From positions 31,966-95,965 of the forward strand of contig JAQIBV010000038.1 of assembly GCA_027858855.1 (NCBI GenBank): a DNA stretch of 64,000 nt, written 5' to 3'. The position numbers were made by a program, and so were the translations under genes. This document shows positions 1 to 8,714 of this stretch, one piece after another; the stretch's first letter is position 1, and each line of letters starts with the position of its first letter. The notes under the pieces are model-generated. The model was not told where the DNA came from and made no database searches. It saw only the letters and a list, made by a program, of their open reading frames with translations. Source of the DNA: Spirochaetota bacterium. GTDB lineage: Bacteria; Spirochaetota; UBA4802; JAFGJZ01.

Positions 1-2
1 CC

Positions 3-1214
3 TTGCTTGGTGGAACACGAGCATTGATTATGGGCGCAAGAACTAATAGTGGCCTTCGTTCAAAATCATGTGTAACAAAAGGTCGCGAGCTGCTACGTAT
101 GGCCTACCGTACTGCAACACCTCAAATTCTAATTTACGGAGACAACTGGATCCGTCGCTCGACATCGGGCACACATCTGCGAGCCTATTATGATTTCATG
201 AACGAGCTGACAAGCCGAAGTTCGCATCGTATTCATATTGTTACATCAGTCGCGGCTCTTCAGAATTTTGAGGTAACATCTTGTGCCGATGCAGTAATAT
301 TCGTTAAGAAAGAGGCTCTTTCTGCGTTGGATGAGAAATTTGCTTCGCAAAATGCTTCATTCGTTGTTGAGAATATGGAAGAGGCCTTCGATGTTTCTGC
401 ACGGATACTGACTCTTCTTGAAAACAGAAAAACTGATGCCGGCAAACCGGGTAGTGGAAAGATCACAGTGCCTGACGACAAGGGAACGCCGTTTGATATT
501 ATCGATTCGGTTATTACGCCAGCATTTGATGATGCAAGCTTTGTAGAGTTTTATGCTCCGTTTAACCAGCCGAGTGGCCCGAATCTTGTAACCGGTTTGG
601 CTCGCATTGATGGTGAAACTGTCGGTATTATTGCCGATCAGCCTAAGATTAAGGGCGGAGGAGCCGATGCATTGGGAACTGAAAAGTTCCGGGTTTTTAC
701 ACGGTTCCTGAATAGTAAAGGTATTCCGCTTGTAATGCTTTCGAACTCATCCGGTTTTGTTCCTGGCTCACAGCAGGAGCGTTACAGAATACAGGCTATC
801 GGTGCCGACTCACTTGACGAGAATGTTCTGGGTGAGATTCCGGTTGTATCAGTTGTTCTTAATCAGAATTATGGCGGTCGTCAGATTCATGCGTTTAGTA
901 AGTCGCTACGTCCGGGAATCTATTATACGGCACGTCATAATGCGACCCTTGCGGTAATGGGAGCCACGGCGGCCTATGATCTGCTTGGTGCCAAGCATTA
1001 CAACAGGTTTGTAGCAGAAGGTAAGCAGGCCGAGGCAGATGCCTATCAGAAGAAGTTTATGGATGATTATCTGACTAAGGCGATGGCCGAAAATGACGCA
1101 ACTGAAACTGGTGTAGTTGACTCTGTTTTCAAAGATGTTTCGGGATTACGTTCACACATTGCCGAATCACTTATAAAGGCGAAAAGCGAGTGTGAAACAG
1201 CGTTCAAAAATTAG
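3..1214 (+). CDS. Acyl-CoA carboxylase carboxyltransferase (beta) subunit / methylmalonyl-CoA decarboxylase alpha family, C-terminal ~400 aa. Probably 5'-partial: the ORF opens at a TTG at the window edge.
   Basis: Carboxyl-transferase domain signatures are visible (…ARIDGETVGIIADQP…GGGADALGTEKF…). The length, 403 aa against ~510 aa for the family, suggests the N-terminus lies upstream of the window. Confidence 0.6.
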   Translation: MLGGTRALIMGARTNSGLRSKSCVTKGRELLRMAYRTATPQILIYGDNWIRRSTSGTHLRAYYDFMNELTSRSSHRIHIVTSVAALQNFEVTSCADAVIFVKKEALSALDEKFASQNASFVVENMEEAFDVSARILTLLENRKTDAGKPGSGKITVPDDKGTPFDIIDSVITPAFDDASFVEFYAPFNQPSGPNLVTGLARIDGETVGIIADQPKIKGGGADALGTEKFRVFTRFLNSKGIPLVMLSNSSGFVPGSQQERYRIQAIGADSLDENVLGEIPVVSVVLNQNYGGRQIHAFSKSLRPGIYYTARHNATLAVMGATAAYDLLGAKHYNRFVAEGKQAEADAYQKKFMDDYLTKAMAENDATETGVVDSVFKDVSGLRSHIAESLIKAKSECETAFKN

Positions 1215-1505
1215 ATAATTTGAATGTGAAATTATTTTGTTCCCCGCCTTCGGCGGTGGAACAAACAGATTTGTAAAACAGCTTTAATTAAATAGTTTGA
1301 ACCTGAAATTCTTTTGTTAGCCGCCTTCGGCGGTGGAACAAACAGATTTGTAAAACAGCTTTTATATTAAATAGTTTGAATTTGAAATTCTTTTGTTCGT
1401 CGCCTTCGGCGGTGGAACAAATAGATCAGTAAAACAGCTTTTATATTAAATAGATTGAACGTGAAATTATTTTGTTCCTCGCCTTCGGCGGAAGGGAGCA
1501 AATTA
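1215..1505. repeat. Tandem array of about 3.5 units of ~78 bp (starts 1221, 1298, 1377, 1456). Each unit carries a GC-rich hairpin, ttgttccccgcc-ttcg-gcggtggaacaa (first copy 1237–1264).
   Basis: Read directly from the sequence. The whole unit including the linker is conserved, not just a short repeat. The last copy is degenerate (ccttc-ggcg-gaagg). The array sits between convergent genes, with stops at 1214 (+) and 1594 (−). Confidence 0.85.
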
Positions 1506-1593
1506 TCAAGTTGCTCTTGTTGCAAGCTTAACTAATCAAGACTTTAATATGGTGCCTGACTGATTAAAAAGCATGAAATTTTGGAAGTTCCCG

Positions 1594-2769
1594 TTATAGT
1601 TCCGTATTACCATTGGTCAGATGATCCAGCAGAATTGTACCGCGTAACAGTGTCTCTTTACCCAGCTGAGGTATGGAAAAAATACGTGCGAGAGTGTGGC
1701 AGGCTGCTCCGAATGCTATAGCGTTTTGTCCGAAGGGTGAAAAATTGACAATGATCTTTTTTTCTTCAAGGTTGCTGTAAACCCAGTTCGCAGCAACAGC
1801 TTTTGATAAGGAAGATTGAACTTCCTCTTTGTAATCTACAAAATCGCCTGCAATGACGATTTTGTTAAAATTGCATATGTTAATGATCAAGGCGATGTTT
1901 TTTGCAAGTTCAGTGAAAACCATTTTCAGTGCTTCCGGTTTCTCTTTTATATTGCTGGTCAGTTTGTTCGTTACAGAAAACTGGGTAATCAGACCTGGTT
2001 TCCAGTCAACGCTTCGAAACTCACCCGCGGTAAAGTTTTCACCGTAATAGACTTCACCGTTTATGACCATACCAACACCAACTGCGATTCCTGGCTCACG
2101 GAGTCCATACAGGTCGGTGCTGCGAAATTCCCCCATAATAGAAAGAAAATTGTTTTCATCACTCTCTTTCCGGTGAATCAGTTCGGCCCAGCAGCAGCAG
2201 TTGGCATCATTTTCGATTAAAACAGGTATTCCCAGCCGTTTCTGAAGTGAACTGGCCAGTTTTTCGGGAGTGTTAATCTTCATCGGGTTTGACATGATGA
2301 CTGTACCAGAAAAGGGGTCAACAATTCCCGGTATACCTACGCCTACCATCAGAATCCTTTTGTTCATTTCAGTTGCTGTTTCACGTAACGAGGTGCATAT
2401 TTTATGAATAATATCACTGATAGACTCTTTATCAGGCTCGAAGAAGAATGTATCAGAGTAGACAATGGATCCATTGATGTCGGTAAGAACAGCACAGCAG
2501 CTCTCTGTTTTGACTTCGATGCCAAGAACAAGTCCAATGTCTGTGTTGACAGTAAGTCCTACAGGTTTACGCCCCACGACTTCACGGCTGGTTTTTTTGA
2601 TGCTGTTGACCCAGCCCTTTTCGTCTAGGTTCTTCATTATTTTGGTAATTGTTGAACGATCCAGTTTCAGCTGTTCGGCTATTTCAATACGGCTGATACC
2701 TGGGAATTGCCAGATCTGCCTGATGATACGGGAGGAGTTAATTATATTAAGTTTTGCTATATCTGCCAT
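1594..2769 (-). CDS. ROK-family transcriptional regulator (NagC/XylR-like: N-terminal wHTH plus ROK sugar-kinase-like domain)
   Basis: N-terminal HTH (…ISRIEIAEQLKLDRSTITKIMKNLDEKGWV…) followed by a ROK core (GIEV…, cysteine-rich zinc motif NDANCCCW). Divergent from the GH5 gene. Confidence 0.7.
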   Translation of the reverse strand: MADIAKLNIINSSRIIRQIWQFPGISRIEIAEQLKLDRSTITKIMKNLDEKGWVNSIKKTSREVVGRKPVGLTVNTDIGLVLGIEVKTESCCAVLTDINGSIVYSDTFFFEPDKESISDIIHKICTSLRETATEMNKRILMVGVGIPGIVDPFSGTVIMSNPMKINTPEKLASSLQKRLGIPVLIENDANCCCWAELIHRKESDENNFLSIMGEFRSTDLYGLREPGIAVGVGMVINGEVYYGENFTAGEFRSVDWKPGLITQFSVTNKLTSNIKEKPEALKMVFTELAKNIALIINICNFNKIVIAGDFVDYKEEVQSSLSKAVAANWVYSNLEEKKIIVNFSPFGQNAIAFGAACHTLARIFSIPQLGKETLLRGTILLDHLTNGNTEL

Positions 2770-3236
2770 AAACCAATATGGGAATAGAGAAACAAAAAGT
2801 CAATATAATCACAGTAAAATAATATGGAATGTCCTGTTTGTATTGTTGCACATCATTGGTTTGTATGGTCGATCTCTCTGAATCTGACGGTCCAGCATTG
2901 AACGGGCATTGTCGATTAGGTGCATTTATGTTTGAACCCACAGCAAATCAAATCCATACGTTTTCAACACAGGCAAATGAACCTCCAAATACAGATTTGT
3001 TCGTTAACGGTGAGGTATTTATAAACTTTTCTTCAGTTAATTATATGAAAACCTTTGTTGTTTTTTACCAGGTTTTGTGCTACACTTGTTATATAGTCTT
3101 AATGAGAGGCTTCGGAAAAAAACCATTTAAAGAGATAATTAATAATTATAACTTAAATTAAAAGTAGTTTTGAAAAGGAGTCTTTATAAAAACCCGATTT
3201 TTTGTAAGTATTTAAGTTATTAATCAGGAGAAAATC

Positions 3237-4403
3237 ATGTCTATCAATTTTAAAATGACTGCTCTGATCTTGTTGTTTTCATTAATCTTGTTCGGTTGTT
3301 CCGGGACTGATAAGAAAAAAACGGATAATGTTCTACCCGAAGAATACTATACCGATATGTTCGACTGGAACAGCCATCATGGACTTGATGATACAATTCT
3401 TGGTCGTGGTATTAATCTGGGAAATTTTCTGGAAGCTCCCCGTGGCGGCTCGGATGATGGAGAGGGTGCATGGACAGGCGGGCGTAAGCTTGAACGTGAA
3501 GATATTACCCGCATTGCAGATGCTGGTTTCGCGCACATTCGTATCCCTTGTCGCTGGACCGATTATATGTCTGCAACCAGACCCTACGATCTAATTGATG
3601 TTAACGGCTATAGCCGCTTGAACCGTGTCAAAGAAATTATTGGCTGGGCTATGGCGGATGGCCTTAAGGTTGTTATAAACACTCATCACTATAACGAGAT
3701 GTTTTATCTTGAGGGAAGCCTCTCTCTTGCTGATCACAAGGATCGTCTGGATGCTCTTTGGAATCGTCTTTCAAAGGAGTTTCCGCTTGCCGATTATCCT
3801 TCAGATAAACTGATTTTTGAATTTCTTAACGAACCACATGAAAATATCGGATATGATGACTGGAATGGGATGATTGAAAGTTTGACAGAAGTAATTTGGC
3901 AGGATAATGCAGTATATCAGACCGATGGTGATAAAAAACGAGTGATAATGATAGGAACAGCAAACTGGGGGGGGGTGCCAGGACTTTATAAACTCGAACT
4001 GCCTGATACAATTACTCCTCAGAATACGATTATCACGGTTCATTACTATGAACCCTTTCATTTTACACATCAGGGTGCAGAGTGGAGTGAGGGCGCTGAT
4101 GCATGGATAGGTACACGCTGGTTGGGTACAGAAAGCGATCGTAAACCGCTTATTGATCTTTTTACTGATATAGAAAAATGGAATACGAAAGGTTTTGAGA
4201 TTTATGTCGGTGAATTTGGTGTTTATTCAAAATATGCAGATAAGAATGATCAGAAAGCCTGGACTGCATTTATCTGCCGTGAGTCGGAGCGTCGCAAATA
4301 CTCCTGGGCTTATTGGGAATACGCCGCAGGCTTCGGAGCCTACGATCCTCTTAATAATTCCTGGCGTTCTTGGCTCAAGGATGCACTAATACCAAAGAAA
4401 TAA
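3237..4403 (+). CDS. Glycoside hydrolase family 5 endo-β-1,4-glucanase/mannanase lipoprotein
   Basis: Lipoprotein signal (LILFGCSG). GH5 motifs: catalytic acid/base in FLNEPHEN and nucleophile in VGEFGV. An aggag RBS lies 8 nt upstream. Confidence 0.8.
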   Translation: MSINFKMTALILLFSLILFGCSGTDKKKTDNVLPEEYYTDMFDWNSHHGLDDTILGRGINLGNFLEAPRGGSDDGEGAWTGGRKLEREDITRIADAGFAHIRIPCRWTDYMSATRPYDLIDVNGYSRLNRVKEIIGWAMADGLKVVINTHHYNEMFYLEGSLSLADHKDRLDALWNRLSKEFPLADYPSDKLIFEFLNEPHENIGYDDWNGMIESLTEVIWQDNAVYQTDGDKKRVIMIGTANWGGVPGLYKLELPDTITPQNTIITVHYYEPFHFTHQGAEWSEGADAWIGTRWLGTESDRKPLIDLFTDIEKWNTKGFEIYVGEFGVYSKYADKNDQKAWTAFICRESERRKYSWAYWEYAAGFGAYDPLNNSWRSWLKDALIPKK

Positions 4404-4428
4404 TTTGGCAGGCCCGTATAGGGCGGAC

Positions 4429-4458
4429 GTACAGGCAGCCTTATACGGCAGCCTGTAC
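4429..4458. terminator. Hairpin gtacaggcagcc-ttatac-ggcagcctgtac (12-bp stem, one mismatch) downstream of the GH5 gene
   Basis: Inverted repeat read from the sequence. No clear U-tract, so terminator function is uncertain. Confidence 0.3.
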
Positions 4459-4471
4459 AGGCTTGCTCTAT

Positions 4472-4537
4472 AAACGGGGACGGTGACGATAAACGGGGAC
4501 GGTGGTGTTTTCGCAGCTGAAAATGCAGCTGAAAATG
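4472..4537. repeat. Short tandem repeats: aaacggggacggtg ×2 (4472–4507) and gcagctgaaaat ×2 (4514–4537). The copy at 4491–4507 is one arm of a 17-bp perfect inverted repeat whose partner is at 8460–8476.
   Basis: Direct reading. The reverse complement of aaacggggacggtggtg equals caccaccgtccccgttt at 8460–8476. Confidence 0.8.
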
Positions 4538-4802
4538 GGGACGATGGAGCTGGAAAAAATGATTTTAGTAGATTTTAATCACTCCGTCCCTAATTACAGG
4601 CAGTTTTGACTTTGATCGAAGAAAGATACTTTCACCAATGGCGTTCGGCAGAGAGCCATTACAATACCTCTTCGCGACTTCGCATGACCTCCGTCCCCTC
4701 TTTATCGATGGTGGAAATGGCTGAATATTCACCATGAAGACGCCCAACTGGGCGTCTCTGGGAAATCCCCCCCACTTGTCACCAGTGAGAAGTACTCTGT
4801 TA

Positions 4803-5990
4803 TTACAGTGCCTCCTGTTGGGCGTACCAGTCGATGTTTCGGGTAAAAAACATTGTTGCGGCAAGTAGTGTCAATACTCCAACAGAACCGACAAGCAGTG
4901 TAAATTGTTGCATCTGAATAAGCACAAACAGAAACGAATAGAGAACTGTTAAAAATAGTGCCATCAATAGCGCCCGTGTCTTCTGGTTAAGAACTGAGCG
5001 GCAGTAGAGCGACACAAGCATTACAACCGCGGCGGAGGCTGTAAGATAAGCTAATCCGAATCTGATATGCTCTGACAGAGCAAGTAAAAGCATGTAAAAA
5101 ACTGTAAGTGCTGCGCCGACAAGAAGGTACTGAAACGGATGAATATTCAAAGCATAGATATGCTCAAAAACAAAAAAGAGTGCAAATGTTAACAAAATAA
5201 ACAGTAATGCATATTTTAATACACGATCAGTCTGCTGATATATGCTTGTAGGAACAAAGAGAGAGACACCAAAGGCTTCTTCATCGGATTCGTTAATGCT
5301 GACATCCTTAAGCAGTAGAACCTCTGAAGTGGATATCCACTCCGAAGAGAACCAGGTTTTGGTTATCTCCCTTTTGAGTGGTAGTTTGCCAGTAAAGTTG
5401 GGGTCGCCCCAGTCGGCAGATAATTTGACTTTTGTGTTTTCGGCCTGATCAACAAAGTTTATTGCTTCGCTACCGCGTATCTTAAAGCTGGCAGAAACTG
5501 ATTTAATTGTGCTTTTAGGATTAAGAGTAATGATTTCATAACTGTATCGTGTGCGATTGGTTGAGATGGCTTTGTTCTTGATGCTAGTAGTTTTGTCATT
5601 TATTTTTACCTGGTTTATCTCGACATTGCCATAATGTAAGACATTAAAATTAATCGTGCTCTCTTTTCCTGAGATTGCGCTGGTTTCAAATTCGGCATTA
5701 ATTGTAAGTTCAATATTGTAACAGGGAACTTTAAAAATACCTTTTCGTCTGATTTCGGTTTTCATTTCACATTGAATATCTGCTGATTTAGCAGTGATTA
5801 TCTCTTTACCTGAAACGATAAAAACACCACCAAAGGTGACCGGGCTTCCCCATCTGTTGCTTATCTCGTCATAAACATCTTCCTGCCGCTCTTTGCGCTC
5901 GTCCACCATCGATTTTACAATCTGAATTGGGATTAGAAGTCCCAGAATCAGCCCCAAAATGATAAATGGTTTCATAACCTGATTTTTCAT
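4803..5990 (-). CDS. creD: Cell-envelope integrity inner-membrane protein CreD
   Basis: N-terminal TM, large periplasmic region and C-terminal TM cluster. Near-identical hallmark motifs to E. coli CreD (…DR.LKYALLFILLTFALFFVFE…HPFQYLLVG…FYMLLLALSEHIRF…FFTRNIDWYA). A ggagga RBS lies 7 nt upstream. Confidence 0.85.
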   Translation of the reverse strand: MKNQVMKPFIILGLILGLLIPIQIVKSMVDERKERQEDVYDEISNRWGSPVTFGGVFIVSGKEIITAKSADIQCEMKTEIRRKGIFKVPCYNIELTINAEFETSAISGKESTINFNVLHYGNVEINQVKINDKTTSIKNKAISTNRTRYSYEIITLNPKSTIKSVSASFKIRGSEAINFVDQAENTKVKLSADWGDPNFTGKLPLKREITKTWFSSEWISTSEVLLLKDVSINESDEEAFGVSLFVPTSIYQQTDRVLKYALLFILLTFALFFVFEHIYALNIHPFQYLLVGAALTVFYMLLLALSEHIRFGLAYLTASAAVVMLVSLYCRSVLNQKTRALLMALFLTVLYSFLFVLIQMQQFTLLVGSVGVLTLLAATMFFTRNIDWYAQQEAL

Positions 5991-6206
5991 AAGTATCCTC
6001 CATATAATTAGTGAGCGAATCCTCTTGGATAACTGATCCGCTTATCTATTTAATCTGAGGGGTGATAGTGAAAAGAGTATGAAAGCTGTGTGAAGTGAAG
6101 AAGAAACCATAAAAAAGTGTTAGTATGTTTGCAGCCTGTGCTGGTTGCAAGTTGGCTCTTGCTGCGCGGGCATGCAAACTGGCCGAAATTTCAAATATTA
6201 GAGATT

Positions 6207-6257
6207 CTTAGCAATCGTTTCCTCTCTAATTTTGTTAGAGAGGAAACGATTGCTAAG
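6207..6257. repeat. Perfect 23-bp inverted repeat (cttagcaatcgtttcctctctaa / ttagagaggaaacgattgctaag) with a 5-nt loop, between the creC-like and creD genes
   Basis: Read directly. The stem extends to 24 bp with the flanking t/a pair. Confidence 0.9.
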
Positions 6258-6306
6258 ACGTATTACAATGTAAAAAGTAAAAACATTATGGGAAGGGTTA
6301 TAAAAA

Positions 6307-7737
6307 TCAGCTGATGTTAATGGGGATAGTGAGTGTGGCGAGAACTCCATCGTCAGTGCAGTTCTCAATTTTTATTGAGCCCTTATGGAGGGCCGCACAC
6401 TCTTTTACAAAAGCGAGGCCAAGCCCTGTGCCTTTGTTTTTATTTTGAGCCGATGATAGTGAGTAAAATTTTTCAAAAAGACGGTCCAGAGCATAATCTG
6501 GAATCCCACTGCCGTGATCACGAACTGTAAAGAGTATATGGTTGCCAATTATCTCACAATTGATATTTACAGTTGAGTCGGTAGGAGAGTTTTTTAACGC
6601 GTTATCTGCAAGATTAAGCAGTGCATGCCTGATTAAAAAATATTCACCTATGAAAATAATTTCGGAAGTTGCGGTATTGATTAAATTGACTTTTAGATGT
6701 TCCGCCTGTGGGGAGAGCGAAGTAATTATGTCGTTGATTAATTCATCTGGACAGAGCTGTTCCGTTTTTTGTAATCCGCTGCGGTTTTCGAGAGAAGCGA
6801 GTAGTAGCATTTTTTCTATAAGTGACTGTATGCGGGAGCTCTCCCTCAATATATTTTGTATAAATTTCTGTTTTTGACCTTCATCCATATTTTCTGTTAG
6901 TAACTCGGCTGCGCTTTTTATTGAAGTTAATGGTGATTTGATTTCGTGTGCAAGTGTATTGACATAAGATTCTATATATTTTTTTCCGTCCAGTTCGCGA
7001 AAGACCTGTTCAAAGGTAGATGCAAGTGTTCGAATTTCACTTCCTGAAAACATTGGAGCTTTTGAATGCCGGTTATGGCCAAGAGAATTTACATAAAGGG
7101 TAAGCCTTTTGATAGGCAGAGTTACCCAGAATGATAGAAGAATACTCATCGCTACAAAGGTGGCAAAACTTACGATGCCAAGCATAAGTACTTTCTTTTG
7201 AGCAAGACGGATAAAACCGATTATACTCTGTTTAGGTTTCTCGACAGTTACAGTTCCGATTATGGTCCCTTCATATTTAAGCGGAGCAGATACATATAGA
7301 AGCCCTTCGGTTCCCGGAGTTGTCGAGGTCGAACGCGCACCGTATTTTCCCTGAAGCGCAAGGTACACATCATTCCATTGTGAATAATCACGTTCGGTGC
7401 GTTTTCCCTTATCCGAGTCAAAGATAACGCGCCCAGTCCTGTCACAGATATAAAACTGCAGATCGACTTCTGTTTTGCGGTGAGAATATATTTTAGCCTT
7501 AAATCGGCGCCTGTAAATATTTAATGATAGATCCCTGACGCTATCAAGGCTGATACCGTTTTCATCGGCGTTGTTTTCAAGATAGGCAGCCAGAATATTT
7601 ACAGTATCATTCATGGACTCTTCGGCAGTCTCAAAATAGCGTGGTCGGATATCGTTATAGATAGAGTCAAAGATATAGTAAAACCCAAGCCCTGCAATGA
7701 TCGAAAAGGTAATAACAAGACGGAGTTTTATGTTCAT
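6307..7737 (-). CDS. creC: Sensor histidine kinase (CreC-like: two TM segments, HisKA plus HATPase_c)
   Basis: H-box (LAHEIKSPLTSI), G-boxes (DHGSGIP…GTGLGLAFV). Its start overlaps the upstream response-regulator stop in the ATGA pattern. Sits immediately upstream of creD. Confidence 0.7.
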   Translation of the reverse strand: MNIKLRLVITFSIIAGLGFYYIFDSIYNDIRPRYFETAEESMNDTVNILAAYLENNADENGISLDSVRDLSLNIYRRRFKAKIYSHRKTEVDLQFYICDRTGRVIFDSDKGKRTERDYSQWNDVYLALQGKYGARSTSTTPGTEGLLYVSAPLKYEGTIIGTVTVEKPKQSIIGFIRLAQKKVLMLGIVSFATFVAMSILLSFWVTLPIKRLTLYVNSLGHNRHSKAPMFSGSEIRTLASTFEQVFRELDGKKYIESYVNTLAHEIKSPLTSIKSAAELLTENMDEGQKQKFIQNILRESSRIQSLIEKMLLLASLENRSGLQKTEQLCPDELINDIITSLSPQAEHLKVNLINTATSEIIFIGEYFLIRHALLNLADNALKNSPTDSTVNINCEIIGNHILFTVRDHGSGIPDYALDRLFEKFYSLSSAQNKNKGTGLGLAFVKECAALHKGSIKIENCTDDGVLATLTIPINIS

Positions 7738-8414
7738 AATCCCTCTTTCAGGGAATAGCCGATACCCCGGTGAGTTTCGATCGGATCGATGTCGGGGCGA
7801 ACTTCTTTAAGTTTGGCGCGGAGCATTTTTATATGGGCATCAACAGTGCGGTCAAAGCTGTCATCCGGTTCGAGCCAGACTAGATCCATGATCTTTTGCC
7901 GGTTAAAAATCCAGCCTGGGCGATTAGCCAACAGAGACAGTATGTCAAATTCATAACGTGATAGCTGAAGTTTTTGCCCAAAATAGAGTATCTGTCTTTT
8001 ATTTGTATCAATTTGAAATGGGCAACTGCTGTTTTTTTCGGGAGCGTTGCTACGTCGCAGTATAGCTTTTATGCGAGCACTCACTTCTCTGGGGCTAAAC
8101 GGTTTAGAAACATAATCATCTGCTCCAAGCTCAAGACCCAGAATTCGGTCAATCTCTTCGGCGCGTGCAGTAAGGCACAATACCGGAAGTTGCGAGCCGG
8201 AGCGAATCTGTTTGAGTACCTCAAATCCGTTGATATCGGGCAATCCGATATCAAGAACAACAAAGTCGCACTGTTTATCGCGGATAATCGAAAGCCCCTC
8301 GTTGCCGGTTTGTACCCATACAGTGTCAAAACCTTCAGTCCTAAGAACATACTCCAGAGAATCGGCGATGCCCGGTTCGTCCTCAATAATCAAAACCCGT
8401 TTTTTGTTTTCCAT
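7734..8414 (-). CDS. creB: OmpR/PhoB-family response regulator (CreB-like)
   Basis: Receiver domain (…LIIEDE…VVLDIGLPDINGF…) plus winged-helix output. First gene of the RR–HK–CreD operon. Confidence 0.75.
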   Translation of the reverse strand: MENKKRVLIIEDEPGIADSLEYVLRTEGFDTVWVQTGNEGLSIIRDKQCDFVVLDIGLPDINGFEVLKQIRSGSQLPVLCLTARAEEIDRILGLELGADDYVSKPFSPREVSARIKAILRRSNAPEKNSSCPFQIDTNKRQILYFGQKLQLSRYEFDILSLLANRPGWIFNRQKIMDLVWLEPDDSFDRTVDAHIKMLRAKLKEVRPDIDPIETHRGIGYSLKEGL

Positions 8415-8459
8415 AATCGCATAATCTGCCTTGTAACCAAAAAATGTCTATGATTTTTT

Positions 8460-8476
8460 CACCACCGTCCCCGTTT
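8460..8476. repeat. Right arm of the 17-bp inverted repeat (caccaccgtccccgttt), partner of 4491–4507. The adjacent ttgtaacagagccctgccgaaa resembles the reverse complement of 4637–4660.
   Basis: Direct reading. The two arms bracket the creBCD-like module. Confidence 0.75.
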
Positions 8477-8714
8477 GTAACAGAGCCCTGCCGAAACATT
8501 TACCGAAATGACACCAAACGTGGCACTTCTCCGAGCGCCTCTACGTTGCGTCTTCGCATGATGCACCTACGCATGACTTTTTTGTTTCTGAATTATAAAT
8601 CAGAAACTAATGCCTGTTGTTGATCTATAATCCTGCAAGATTACTCCTCTAAAATAGTGTAGTCTCTTATCAAACAGGGCGGCGCTTTGCCCTATTGAAA
8701 TAGGAGATATTAAA

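Noticed and set aside
1215-1505. Possible CRISPR array (regular hairpin-containing repeats)
   Set aside because: The entire ~78-bp unit, including the would-be spacers, is conserved between copies. There are no unique spacers, no leader and no cas genes nearby. It is a tandem repeat, not a CRISPR.
1816-2220. Plus-strand ORFs (134 aa and others) inside the ROK gene
   Set aside because: They are antisense shadows of a well-supported minus-strand gene, with no RBS or domain signal. The same applies to 29810–30493 (opposite the isomerase), 9513–10067, 12115–12625, 24540–25105, 49395–51413 and similar short internal ORFs.
4565-4864. 99-aa minus-strand ORF overlapping the 3' end of creD
   Set aside because: It overlaps the creD stop region and a repeat-rich non-coding stretch. 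The translated sequence is low-complexity and Arg/Pro-rich with no start context. It is likely spurious.
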